DNA from: Shigella phage Sf21
Length of the DNA: 64,000 bases
Direction: 5' to 3' (one strand)
Sequence record: MF327007
Shown here: positions 1 to 8,474 of the stretch, one piece after another
Layout: every line of letters begins with the position of its first letter
Position numbering within the stretch: position 1 is the first letter of the stretch
Position numbers and translations under genes: made by a program
Notes under the pieces: model-generated
The model's database searches: none
What the model was told of the DNA's origin: nothing
Seen by the model: only the letters and a program-made list of their open reading frames with translations

Positions 1-818
1 TCAATTTTTGATTTAATTAAAACTGCTTCTTGACCGATTTTATTAAATGCATCAGTCGGGTCTTCGTCTAAAACAATATTAACTAATCTTTCATTAGCTT
101 CTTCTATTTCCGATTTTAGCGTTCTAGCTTCTTTTGCCAAATCATCATACATATTTTGAAGACGTGTAAGATTGTCACCTGTTAATTTTTTCTGGCGTTC
201 AACGTTATCATTATATATTTTAATTTGTTGGATAATACTATCTTTTTTAACGTCAAGCACTTGGTTTTGTGAATTTAATTCACGTATTAGTGCTTTATTA
301 AGCTTATCCATTTCAGCTAATGTTCCTACCTCAAGCAGGTCTTCCACAAGCTTTCTTCGCGCAGGGGTCGACAAACCCATGAAAGGGGTATACCCTGCTG
401 TACCAAGGACAACAATCTGCTTGAAACTGGCATATGACATTCCGATAAGCTGTTCAAATTCTGCTTGGAAATCTTTACTGCTGGCAGATTCATTAAGACG
501 TGTACCGTTAACGGTAATTTCGAAAACGTTTGGTTTTTGTCCTCTTTTGATATAGTACTTTTTCTCATCATATTCCATCCACAGTTCAACTAAAAGTTCT
601 TTCTTATTTGTGCTGTTTATTAATTGACCTTTCTTTACATCACGAAATGGCTTGCCAAAAAGCCCAAATGTGATGGCTTCTAGCATAGTAGACTTACCAC
701 CGCCATTTCGTCCAGTAATAAGAGTTTTTTGAACCTTATCTAATTGAATGTCAATAGGATTTCCACCTACTGACATTATATTTTGATACCTAACTCGGTT
801 TAGTTTAAAATTCTTCAC
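1..818 (-). CDS. 46: Recombination endonuclease subunit gp46 (Rad50-like ATPase), N-terminal part; gene continues beyond window start
   Basis: Minus-strand translation from 818: (V)KNFKLNRVRYQNIMSVGGNPIDIQLDKVQKTLITGRNGGGKSTMLEAITFGLFGKP with Walker A; AAGGA Shine-Dalgarno 7 nt upstream of GTG 818-816; no stop before position 1; lies downstream of 47 as in T4. Confidence 0.85.
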   Translation of the reverse strand, partial: MKNFKLNRVRYQNIMSVGGNPIDIQLDKVQKTLITGRNGGGKSTMLEAITFGLFGKPFRDVKKGQLINSTNKKELLVELWMEYDEKKYYIKRGQKPNVFEITVNGTRLNESASSKDFQAEFEQLIGMSYASFKQIVVLGTAGYTPFMGLSTPARRKLVEDLLEVGTLAEMDKLNKALIRELNSQNQVLDVKKDSIIQQIKIYNDNVERQKKLTGDNLTRLQNMYDDLAKEARTLKSEIEEANERLVNIVLDEDPTDAFNKIGQEAVLIKSKI

Positions 819-1078
819 AAAAGATTCCTTTTAATGTATCTTTTAGACCATTCTATCATATCATCATAATCTAAAAAGTATTCATCAAATTCAGCCATGC
901 AAACAACACCTTGTGCTGCTTTTGATGTGATATAAATTATTCCAACATATCTAGAATCTTCTTCGGTATAATCAATATTTGCTATGAATTCATCATTAAT
1001 GTCAAATGTCGAAAACTTCACAGTATGCATCCTTAATACAAGATACAGCCATATCTCGTAATGATTTAGGTGTGTCAT
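815..1078 (-). CDS. Hypothetical small protein (87 aa), 46.1-like position
   Basis: ORF on the gene strand; its TGA stop overlaps the GTG start of gene 46 (GTGA). Confidence 0.5.
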   Translation of the reverse strand: MTHLNHYEIWLYLVLRMHTVKFSTFDINDEFIANIDYTEEDSRYVGIIYITSKAAQGVVCMAEFDEYFLDYDDMIEWSKRYIKRNLL

Positions 1079-1265
1079 TATCTAAAATGTTGAAGTTAAA
1101 AGATACAGCCCAGTCAGTGCAGACTGTAACCTTTTTAATACAATTATCTTCAACCTCTAACGGTTCAAACCAATATTCAATAATTTCTTTATGCCCAATA
1201 TCATCTTTTACTTCACATTCAAAATGCTGACTCATCATAACATTTTTAAATTCATCAAAAGTCAT
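1002..1265 (-). CDS. Hypothetical small protein (87 aa), 46.2-like position
   Basis: ORF between 47 and 46 on the gene strand; start abuts the stop of 47. Confidence 0.5.
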   Translation of the reverse strand: MTFDEFKNVMMSQHFECEVKDDIGHKEIIEYWFEPLEVEDNCIKKVTVCTDWAVSFNFNILDNDTPKSLRDMAVSCIKDAYCEVFDI

Positions 1266-2281
1266 TGTGTTGCCTCTACATATAGCTGATTTGCATATTG
1301 AATAAGTGCTTCGCGATCAGAATCAGTGATGTCTGGAATTGCATTAATGTATTCTTCCATCAACGTCTGAAGAGATTGAACTTCAACTTCTTCACTGTCA
1401 TCTGACTCGACAGAGTTATCAATCTTTGACACAACTCGTAATGAATGCACAACTTTCTCTAGTTCAGATTCGAACTTCGTCAGATTTTTGTCTACTTCAG
1501 TTACTATAACACGTACTGATAGATTTGTAAAATCTTTATAGTCAATTTTTCCTTTAAATGGATAATGAATTCTACGATGCCAGGTAGTGTTGTTTGGAAT
1601 AAATTCCATTCGTTCTGTTTCTGTATCAAACATCCAGAACCCACGAGGGTCATTCTCGTCACCGGCAGTTAGTGTCCATGGTGTCCCAATATATCTGACG
1701 TTAGCAGCCTCAGAGATAGTATGGAAGTGACCAGACCACACCTCTTTATAAGTCTTAAGGAAATCAGGTTCAAGACCGTGAGATTTCATTCCTTTATAAA
1801 AATAAAATCCATTCAGTTCCCAGTGACCAACACAAAAAGAAGCAGATGAAGTTTTGATGTGCTCAAGAATTTCACCAGTATTTTCTTCACACATCCAAGG
1901 AATTAAATCAATTAAACATCCGTCAAAATCTACTGTAGTAGGCTTATCATATACTTTAACATTAGGATATTTAGCCAAAAGCTCAGTAGAGGCATTTGGA
2001 GTTAAAGTATTTTTAAAGTGCATATCATGGTTTCCTACAACAGTATGTAGGGTAATACCAGCATCATCAAGCATTTGAACTATTTCACGAGCGAACTCCA
2101 TAGTTTTATGCGTGATTGCTTTTCGCACATCAAAAATATCGCCGTATTGAATCCATGTAGTAATTCCATTTTTCTTAGAATATTCTATTGCTTGTTTAAT
2201 TCCATCCAACTGAATGGATTGAACCCACTCATCATCGGCTTTAACGCCTAAATGCCAATCACCTAAATTTAAAATTTTCAT
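1262..2281 (-). CDS. 47: Recombination endonuclease subunit gp47 (Mre11-like phosphoesterase)
   Basis: 339 aa; calcineurin-like phosphoesterase motifs GDWHLG, GDIFD, GNHD, GHFH. Confidence 0.93.
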   Translation of the reverse strand: MKILNLGDWHLGVKADDEWVQSIQLDGIKQAIEYSKKNGITTWIQYGDIFDVRKAITHKTMEFAREIVQMLDDAGITLHTVVGNHDMHFKNTLTPNASTELLAKYPNVKVYDKPTTVDFDGCLIDLIPWMCEENTGEILEHIKTSSASFCVGHWELNGFYFYKGMKSHGLEPDFLKTYKEVWSGHFHTISEAANVRYIGTPWTLTAGDENDPRGFWMFDTETERMEFIPNNTTWHRRIHYPFKGKIDYKDFTNLSVRVIVTEVDKNLTKFESELEKVVHSLRVVSKIDNSVESDDSEEVEVQSLQTLMEEYINAIPDITDSDREALIQYANQLYVEATQ

Positions 2282-2441
2282 ATATCAAGAACCGTCATTG
2301 AAATGCAAAATAAAATTATTGAAATAAACCCATCTGGCATGCTAAAGAACCCAATCCAACATGCTCTAGTGAATAGATAAAATGCAAGAAAAAGTATCAC
2401 ATATCCAAGAAATATCATTATATCAAACTCCGTATAAAGCT

Positions 2442-2459
2442 AAAGGGCCGAAGCCCTTT
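2442..2459 (-). terminator. UUCG-tetraloop hairpin at the 3' end of a-gt (minus strand)
   Basis: Minus strand AAAGGGC-UUCG-GCCCUUU overlapping the a-gt stop codon. Confidence 0.45.
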
Positions 2460-3660
2460 ATTTTGTAATAATGTCAAACTGTTCTTTAAAGCAGAAGCTT
2501 GAATCTTGATGCTGATACAAAAATTCATAAGCTTTTTCGCGTTCGCGGTCATAAAGAGTTCGATCAGATGACAGTTCTTTAATACGTTCAAATGTTGATT
2601 CCATGTCATTTTCATCAAACCAAATGATACCGCTATCATGCGAGGTCAAAGGAGTATTATCAACACGGAATTTTAAATTTTCGCCAGTAGATTTCCAAAA
2701 TACCGGAATTGTTCCACATGCACCAAGCTCGAGATGAGTATATTCTAAAGAACGTTGTAGATATTTTTTATCCAACTTACTCAACTGATAACCAAAACCG
2801 GATTTACTCATACGTTCAAGCATTTCGCTATTTACATAACGGTCAAGAATTTGCGTTGGCAAATTAGGAGCAATTTTAATTTGGTCTACTTGATGAAGAC
2901 GATAATACTCGTATGGAATTCCTTTTTCTTTAATAGGAATGAACGCTGGAGAACGTTCCAGACCTTCCATAATAGTACTTAGTCCTGCAGGTTTAAGATG
3001 TTTTTCATGAAAATCAAACATCTGATAAAAACCTTTCCATGTGGTCGTACGACCAATCCAACGGTTGATATTCATGTTAATTTCAGAAACATCTTTCCAG
3101 TAGGTTGACCGAACCTTCGCAATATCCATAGGAGGCTGAAAGTTATATACTGTCGGTGCTTCTTCAATATCATCAAACAGAGAAACTGTTTCAGGATACC
3201 ATTCTTTCATCAGAACTTTATTAAAATCACCATTATCAGAATGGCTAAAAATAACATCAGCTCGACGAACAGTTTCTTCTAATCCCAAATTTCGGCGCAA
3301 AGAAAGAGAAGAATGGTCATGTTGATAAACTACAACACGAACAGAAGGTTTAATGTTATCAATAATTTTTTTATAGTTATTAATAGTGTCTTCTTCAACC
3401 GAAGTAGCAGGAACTGAATTGATAATTAGAATATCACAATCATTTACCAGCTTAAGTGTTTTATCATATTCTTTTGCCAATAAAACCGGAATTGAAAATG
3501 ATTTATAATAATGCGCGCAATTACGAGTAAATGATTTATCTTTAGCATAAACCAAAGTTACTTCATGACCATTCTTAATAAACCAATCACGTTGCTCAAG
3601 AGAAAATTTAGTTACACCACAACCTTCAAGACCTCGAGCCATAAAAATACATACTTTCAT
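2458..3660 (-). CDS. a-gt: DNA alpha-glucosyltransferase
   Basis: 400 aa ORF at the T4 a-gt position between 47 and 55; glycosyltransferase-like N-terminus MKVCIFMARGLEGCGVTKF. Confidence 0.8.
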   Translation of the reverse strand: MKVCIFMARGLEGCGVTKFSLEQRDWFIKNGHEVTLVYAKDKSFTRNCAHYYKSFSIPVLLAKEYDKTLKLVNDCDILIINSVPATSVEEDTINNYKKIIDNIKPSVRVVVYQHDHSSLSLRRNLGLEETVRRADVIFSHSDNGDFNKVLMKEWYPETVSLFDDIEEAPTVYNFQPPMDIAKVRSTYWKDVSEINMNINRWIGRTTTWKGFYQMFDFHEKHLKPAGLSTIMEGLERSPAFIPIKEKGIPYEYYRLHQVDQIKIAPNLPTQILDRYVNSEMLERMSKSGFGYQLSKLDKKYLQRSLEYTHLELGACGTIPVFWKSTGENLKFRVDNTPLTSHDSGIIWFDENDMESTFERIKELSSDRTLYDREREKAYEFLYQHQDSSFCFKEQFDIITK

Positions 3661-3726
3661 TTAATATCCTCTTTGTTTTGGTTTATTTTACCAAAAATTT
3701 ATAAAGCAATATAGGAGCCGAAGCTC

Positions 3727-3900
3727 CTATCCACATAATACGCCATACAGAGGCTCGTTAGAACTTTTAAATTTTATGCGCTTATATTTTATAGTTCCTT
3801 CTGCTTTAGCTTTATCATGAGACTCTTTAAAGCGTCTCATCATTTCCTCTTTAGAGGAACGAATTTTATTATAATCTATTTCAGAAGTCTGGGTGTTCAT
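3727..3900 (-). CDS. Small hypothetical protein (57 aa)
   Basis: ORF found by manual translation (below the 60-aa track cutoff); tightly packed between the 3904-4110 ORF and a UUCG hairpin. Confidence 0.35.
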   Translation of the reverse strand: MNTQTSEIDYNKIRSSKEEMMRRFKESHDKAKAEGTIKYKRIKFKSSNEPLYGVLCG

Positions 3901-3903
3901 CTT

Positions 3904-4110
3904 TCACAGTTGCCACCATTTTTTGACTTGATAGGAATCAACCCACACTTTCATATTAGGGTCTGCTCTTACAATAGGAGGATTAACTTCTTTAATTGAA
4001 CTATCATGGTATTCTTTTTCAGAAATTTTCACGCAAAGATGACCATTCAAAGATTCAGTAAATCCTGCATTAATTTTAAGACGCTTGAATTTTACGTGTG
4101 TAAGCATCAA
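3904..4110 (-). CDS. Hypothetical protein (68 aa)
   Basis: ORF on gene strand. Confidence 0.45.
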   Translation of the reverse strand: MMLTHVKFKRLKINAGFTESLNGHLCVKISEKEYHDSSIKEVNPPIVRADPNMKVWVDSYQVKKWWQL

Positions 4111-4393
4111 TCATATCCTCAATCTGCGATCTAGTAGTCTTCCAAAGAATACTAATGAGTTCATCGTTATATGGCTGTTTTAGAATATCCCGACTTTTCT
4201 TGATAGCATATTCGTATTGAGCGAAATTATTGTTTTCAGCTGCAATCTGAGCGTGCTTATAAAGACGGTTCAGTTCGCGTTTGTTTTTAGACAATAACTT
4301 ATTTGCTTTTCTTTCTGCTTCAAGACGGTTCTTTTCTTCAATAGAAGAAATAAGCTTTTCCACTTCATCATTAATTTCGGGTTTATCAGTCAT
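4076..4393 (-). CDS. Hypothetical protein (105 aa), charged/coiled-coil
   Basis: ORF on gene strand. Confidence 0.5.
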   Translation of the reverse strand: MTDKPEINDEVEKLISSIEEKNRLEAERKANKLLSKNKRELNRLYKHAQIAAENNNFAQYEYAIKKSRDILKQPYNDELISILWKTTRSQIEDMIDAYTRKIQAS

Positions 4394-4394
4394 A

Positions 4395-4613
4395 TTATTT
4401 CTCTAATATAAAATAAAAATCATCATCTGTTAAATGATACCGATAGTTTAATTCTACACCATTAGATTTAAAAGCGGTATCATACGGATTTTCTGGATCA
4501 ATATCAATGTCAAGAGCTAAAACTTCCCTGAGATACATTTTAAGTAAATAGGGAATAGCTTCAACTTCAGGTATTTCTTCCAAGAATCCGGAGAGGTTAA
4601 TCGTTAGCCTCAT
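4395..4613 (-). CDS. Hypothetical protein (72 aa)
   Basis: ORF on gene strand, 1-nt gap to the upstream ORF. Confidence 0.5.
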
Positions 4614-5154
4614 ATAAAAAATCCAAACTAGGAGAATCGTCTACAACACTTTTCTTTTCAGCCCCCGGTGTTCTATAGGTTGATTCTTCGTAATGCGTCA
4701 TTTTATCGTAGATGTCTTGAATAAAAGTTTCATCTACTAACGCAACCATATCGTCGTCACGACTGTCATAGACATTGTGAACGAAGTAACTGTATTTCTT
4801 TGCAACTTCCTTACGTTCTTTTTTAATACGTTGGACGAATGCATTAAAACAAGCTTGAGTTATATATGCATGCGGGTTTTTATATTTCGTTTCATCAAAA
4901 TTGTGAAGCCCCTTAATAGAAGCTTCTATACCATCTGCAATCATTTCTTGTTTCCAAGACTGGGTGTATCCTGAAAAGTTGAAACGCTTAGATAAGCCTT
5001 CTGCAATAAGCATAATGGCTAATCCGATAGTATCATTCTGACGAACTACTTTATTTGGGTCTTTATTATTTGCTAATTCTGTTTTCCAATCAATAATAGC
5101 TTGTAAAAGCTCTTTATTGTTTACGTAATTATATTTAGGCTTAGTTTCTGACAT
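4597..5154 (-). CDS. 55: Late-transcription sigma factor gp55
   Basis: 185 aa from [24 protein letters not shown]...; start taken at the third Met of the 187-aa ORF. Confidence 0.9.
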
Positions 5155-5232
5155 TTTCACCTCTTAGCTCAATTCATAGATCTATTATATCATAATATTT
5201 GAAGATCTATCTTAAAGCATAGAGGATATCAG

Positions 5233-5502
5233 TTATCTAAGTAAACAGTATGCTTGGAATACTTTCTCCATCATCTTTTTAAATTCATGAATATCTATAT
5301 AATGACTAGTTAGATCAGCATGATATAAAAAGTCTAAAAACTTTTCATGTGTACTAACATATTCACTTTCATTTAATTCAGAAACATGGCTTTCCCAATA
5401 TCCAACACCAGTCTTATTTGGGAAAAATGAAATTTTCATGTATTGGTCAACATAGAAAATGCCATAATTTTCAATAGTAATAGAAATATTAATAAATTTC
5501 AT
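5233..5502 (-). CDS. Hypothetical protein (89 aa)
   Basis: ORF on gene strand. Confidence 0.5.
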   Translation of the reverse strand: MKFINISITIENYGIFYVDQYMKISFFPNKTGVGYWESHVSELNESEYVSTHEKFLDFLYHADLTSHYIDIHEFKKMMEKVFQAYCLLR

Positions 5503-5714
5503 ACATTCATCAACTTAGCCGCTCCAAGAGCTGCATCTAGTGAATCAAATTGGTCAACATATTCAATCAATTCGCCGTAATTGGCATATAACCACCATTG
5601 GCTAAATTCATACTCAAGGATGAATCCATTTCCTTCAATTTGAGTTAAACCATTGCCGTTTGTATTTACTTCATATCCGGCAAGACGCAAATCGTTAATA
5701 AGAGCTTCGTTCAT
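5499..5714 (-). CDS. Hypothetical protein (71 aa)
   Basis: ORF on gene strand with overlapping stop/start. Confidence 0.5.
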   Translation of the reverse strand: MNEALINDLRLAGYEVNTNGNGLTQIEGNGFILEYEFSQWWLYANYGELIEYVDQFDSLDAALGAAKLMNV

Positions 5715-5716
5715 AA

Positions 5717-6043
5717 TTATACCTTAGTAATTTTCAGGTCTGCAAATTTTTTCTTGCGTTGATTTTTCATGCGACGAATAGTTTTATCGGAAATTTCATG
5801 CTTTTGATAAGCTTTAGATTCTACACCAAAAGCTTTAACATCAAATTCTGACAAGATATATTGAACCAACAATTCACGGACAGTATTGCGTCCAATCTTC
5901 TGATCATTCTGTTTCATCATTTGATGAAGCTCTTTTTCCCATTTATCCAAAATTTGAGGAGTTACAATATCGCCTTTTTCTAGCAAAGAAACTACTTTAT
6001 CATATGCGTAAGAATTGATGGCGTTTTTAATTTGAATAGTCAT
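5717..6043 (-). CDS. Hypothetical protein (108 aa)
   Basis: ORF on gene strand. Confidence 0.55.
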   Translation of the reverse strand: MTIQIKNAINSYAYDKVVSLLEKGDIVTPQILDKWEKELHQMMKQNDQKIGRNTVRELLVQYILSEFDVKAFGVESKAYQKHEISDKTIRRMKNQRKKKFADLKITKV

Positions 6044-6077
6044 ACATTATCCTCAATTGCGTTAAAATTTTATTATC

Positions 6078-6097
6078 CAAAAAGGGCCGAAGCCCTT
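6078..6097 (-). terminator. UUCG-tetraloop terminator (minus strand)
   Basis: Minus strand AAGGGC-UUCG-GCCCUU followed by U-run. Confidence 0.6.
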
Positions 6098-6296
6098 AGC
6101 TAAACTTTTTGGCACCCTTCCAGCCTTCGTACATCATTGCGACTGACAATGACAAAGCTCCTTCGCATGCTGTGTACTTATTATTCCAGAACCAATTTAG
6201 AAAAACTTCGTCCTCAATACCATTGTGTTTCATGTTCTGGAAAAATTTGGCGCGTTCTTCACGAAGCTTTTGCGATAACATAGATTCAGGATTCAT
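6096..6296 (-). CDS. Hypothetical protein (66 aa)
   Basis: ORF followed by a UUCG hairpin terminator. Confidence 0.5.
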   Translation of the reverse strand: MNPESMLSQKLREERAKFFQNMKHNGIEDEVFLNWFWNNKYTACEGALSLSVAMMYEGWKGAKKFS

Positions 6297-6512
6297 TTAA
6301 ATTTTCCAATTACCGTTTTCATCAATGAATTTAATCCAGTCATTTACTGACCACTTAGTTGTATCACCTTTTGGAGTAACATTTAAAGTGTATAGCCCTT
6401 GCTTAAAAAGCATTCGTTTGATATTCATAATTTCCTCAGCTATAACGATAACACTCGTTTGATTTACGTTTAGCAACTCGTTGAGAAGTATTATAATCAA
6501 AATCATTGTCAA
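6297..6512 (-). CDS. Hypothetical protein (71 aa)
   Basis: ORF on gene strand. Confidence 0.45.
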   Translation of the reverse strand: MTMILIIILLNELLNVNQTSVIVIAEEIMNIKRMLFKQGLYTLNVTPKGDTTKWSVNDWIKFIDENGNWKI

Positions 6513-6768
6513 TGTAAACTGATTTTTTCAACTTTCTTACTTCACCACGTAATTGGCGATTTAGCTCATCTTTAACTTCTGAATCAATACCTTTCATTCT
6601 ACGCCATTTATCTGAGCGAAAAATGTTTTCAACCATATCTTTATGACTTACACCGTCTGGAGCTTTACGCTTTCCAAAATAGTCATAATCACGCACTTTT
6701 AAGTCTTTACGACGATACGTTTTACCCATGGAGTTTAATTTCCTTCGCAACTGAACTAAATACAGCAC
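6436..6768 (-). CDS. Hypothetical basic protein (110 aa); start uncertain
   Basis: ORF on gene strand; overlaps neighbours, true start may be the internal Met at 6729. Confidence 0.4.
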   Translation of the reverse strand: MLYLVQLRRKLNSMGKTYRRKDLKVRDYDYFGKRKAPDGVSHKDMVENIFRSDKWRRMKGIDSEVKDELNRQLRGEVRKLKKSVYIDNDFDYNTSQRVAKRKSNECYRYS

Positions 6769-6904
6769 GATCGCAAATCATGCGTTTATGTAACTTGAGT
6801 ATAATATAGCAAACTTCAAAACTATTTACATGAGTAACACGAACAGCATTACCATTAATGAGATAATACTGTCCCTTTTTAATTTCTTTATCAACCATAA
6901 CCAT
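6722..6904 (-). CDS. Hypothetical protein (60 aa)
   Basis: ORF on gene strand. Confidence 0.4.
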   Translation of the reverse strand: MVMVDKEIKKGQYYLINGNAVRVTHVNSFEVCYIILKLHKRMICDRAVFSSVAKEIKLHG

Positions 6905-7040
6905 ATCAATTCCTCAAAGGTAATTCATATGTTAATAATACCACGGTTTGAACTTGTTGTAAACAACTTTGTGAAAATTATTTTAGGGAATGATAAGAAG
7001 GGAACGATAGCTTAGAATGGTAAATATACAGAATGTAAGA

Positions 7041-7059
7041 AAGAAAGGCCCAGAGGGCC
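7041..7059 (-). terminator. Hairpin terminator after the nrdH-like gene (minus strand)
   Basis: GGCCC-AGA-GGGCC hairpin with flanking U-rich tract on the minus strand. Confidence 0.5.
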
Positions 7060-7063
7060 CGCC

Positions 7064-7435
7064 TTAGTCTTCTATGATATCTCTATCATATCCAAGTGAA
7101 ATGAGAGTTTCTTTGAAGTGTTTAATGTTCTTTTGTCTAGAATCATTGATGAAAATGACTGGATAACGAATGTTAAGAGATGTGAATCCAGCGCGTTTAG
7201 CAAGAGATACAATCAGTGGACGATCATACTCAATCTTACCATTATTTGTAAGAACTTTATAGAAAGTAAAAGGAGCATTAAGCTCCTTTAGAAGTTTTGT
7301 AACTGATTGACATCCAGGACAACGACCTACTTCATCTGGAATTCCATAGACTTCAATCTTATTCTTTAAGTTCGAGTTTTGTTCCACGAGAAATAATTCC
7401 TTGATAAGCCCAGTATGGCGGGTTAACAGAATCAT
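7064..7435 (-). CDS. nrdH: Glutaredoxin-like protein (NrdH-type redoxin), start uncertain
   Basis: CPGC redox motif in KIEVYGIPDEVGRCPGCQSV; adjacent to nrdG/nrdD; no ATG directly before the conserved KIEVYG block. Confidence 0.6.
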   Translation of the reverse strand: MILLTRHTGLIKELFLVEQNSNLKNKIEVYGIPDEVGRCPGCQSVTKLLKELNAPFTFYKVLTNNGKIEYDRPLIVSLAKRAGFTSLNIRYPVIFINDSRQKNIKHFKETLISLGYDRDIIED

Positions 7436-7670
7436 CGCCAGAATTTTCTTCAGGAAAATAAACCTGGATAACAAATCCAGATGCATCAAAGGTAAAATAA
7501 ACCGTAGGTAATTCACCTAACAATTCAGCGCGGTTATTAATTTCTTCAAGTTCTCGTTCTCGTCCAGCCCAAAAACTAGGATTTAGACTACATTCATAGA
7601 AATAATAGTCATTACCGAACATATCAAAACCCTTCCAACTCTCTACCACATATCGCTCAAAACTAATCAT
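7359..7670 (-). CDS. Hypothetical protein (103 aa)
   Basis: ORF on gene strand. Confidence 0.5.
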   Translation of the reverse strand: MISFERYVVESWKGFDMFGNDYYFYECSLNPSFWAGRERELEEINNRAELLGELPTVYFTFDASGFVIQVYFPEENSGDDSVNPPYWAYQGIISRGTKLELKE

Positions 7671-7672
7671 AA

Positions 7673-7888
7673 TTAGGCCTTTTTATCAAGAACAGCATTC
7701 AGTTTGTTAGTAATTTTATCCAGACGCTCATTGAACTCGCTAGAAGATAAGCCTTTTTCTGGAGAAATTAAGCTAATCACGAAAAATATAGCAATAAAAG
7801 GAATAAGAAAAATAGCACCAACTGCCATAAACAAAAAGAACGTTACAGTTGTAAGAAAATCAGCTAAACCTTTACGAAATTTATACAT
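7673..7888 (-). CDS. Small membrane protein (71 aa)
   Basis: One hydrophobic helix FLTTVTFFLFMAVGAIFLIPFIAIFFVISLI. Confidence 0.5.
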   Translation of the reverse strand: MYKFRKGLADFLTTVTFFLFMAVGAIFLIPFIAIFFVISLISPEKGLSSSEFNERLDKITNKLNAVLDKKA

Positions 7889-8003
7889 ATTTTACCCTTA
7901 ATTGATTAACCAAGCATTGATAAGCACTAAACTATATTGCGAATAAAATTCTGGACCAAAATGAAAAATCATATCATTTATAGTATCCATAATGTAATTC
8001 AAT

Positions 8004-8474
8004 TTAATCATGTGTCCACACCCCATCGGTATTTGACCAAAGTCGCTGATTATCTGATCCTCGCCACAGCTTTTTGGTCGGAAGATTTTTCTCATACTTC
8101 CCATCAATAATAACATCAACATATTTAAGCATTTCTAGTTGTTTAATATCTTCAAACTTATATCCTGTCCACAACCAAATGCTTTTATTGGGATAAAGAT
8201 TTTTAATAGTTTGAACCACAGAGTGAATCACGTCTCTGTTATCAGGATAGAGAGGGTCACCTCCGGTTATAGTCAATCCTTCTATATAATCATTATTCAA
8301 ACATTCAATTAATTGTTCTAGTGTTTCACCAGTGAATGGAACACCATTTCTAGCATTCCATGTTGATTTATTATAACACCCTTCACATTTATGCAAACAA
8401 CCTGTAACGAAAAGAACGGTCCTGCAGCCAGGACCATTAACAAAATCGCAAGGATAAAATCTATCATAATTCAT
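8004..8474 (-). CDS. nrdG: Anaerobic ribonucleotide reductase activating enzyme
   Basis: 156 aa; radical-SAM cysteine cluster CLHKCEGC; stop overlaps nrdD. Confidence 0.9.
   Translation of the reverse strand: MNYDRFYPCDFVNGPGCRTVLFVTGCLHKCEGCYNKSTWNARNGVPFTGETLEQLIECLNNDYIEGLTITGGDPLYPDNRDVIHSVVQTIKNLYPNKSIWLWTGYKFEDIKQLEMLKYVDVIIDGKYEKNLPTKKLWRGSDNQRLWSNTDGVWTHD

Noticed and set aside
172-555. Plus-strand ORFs across the minus-strand gene block (for example 172-555, 10980-11393, 12575-12904, 28002-28391, 42065-42250)
   Set aside because: They lie antisense to well-supported minus-strand genes, lack ribosome-binding sites and have low-complexity composition; treated as shadow ORFs.
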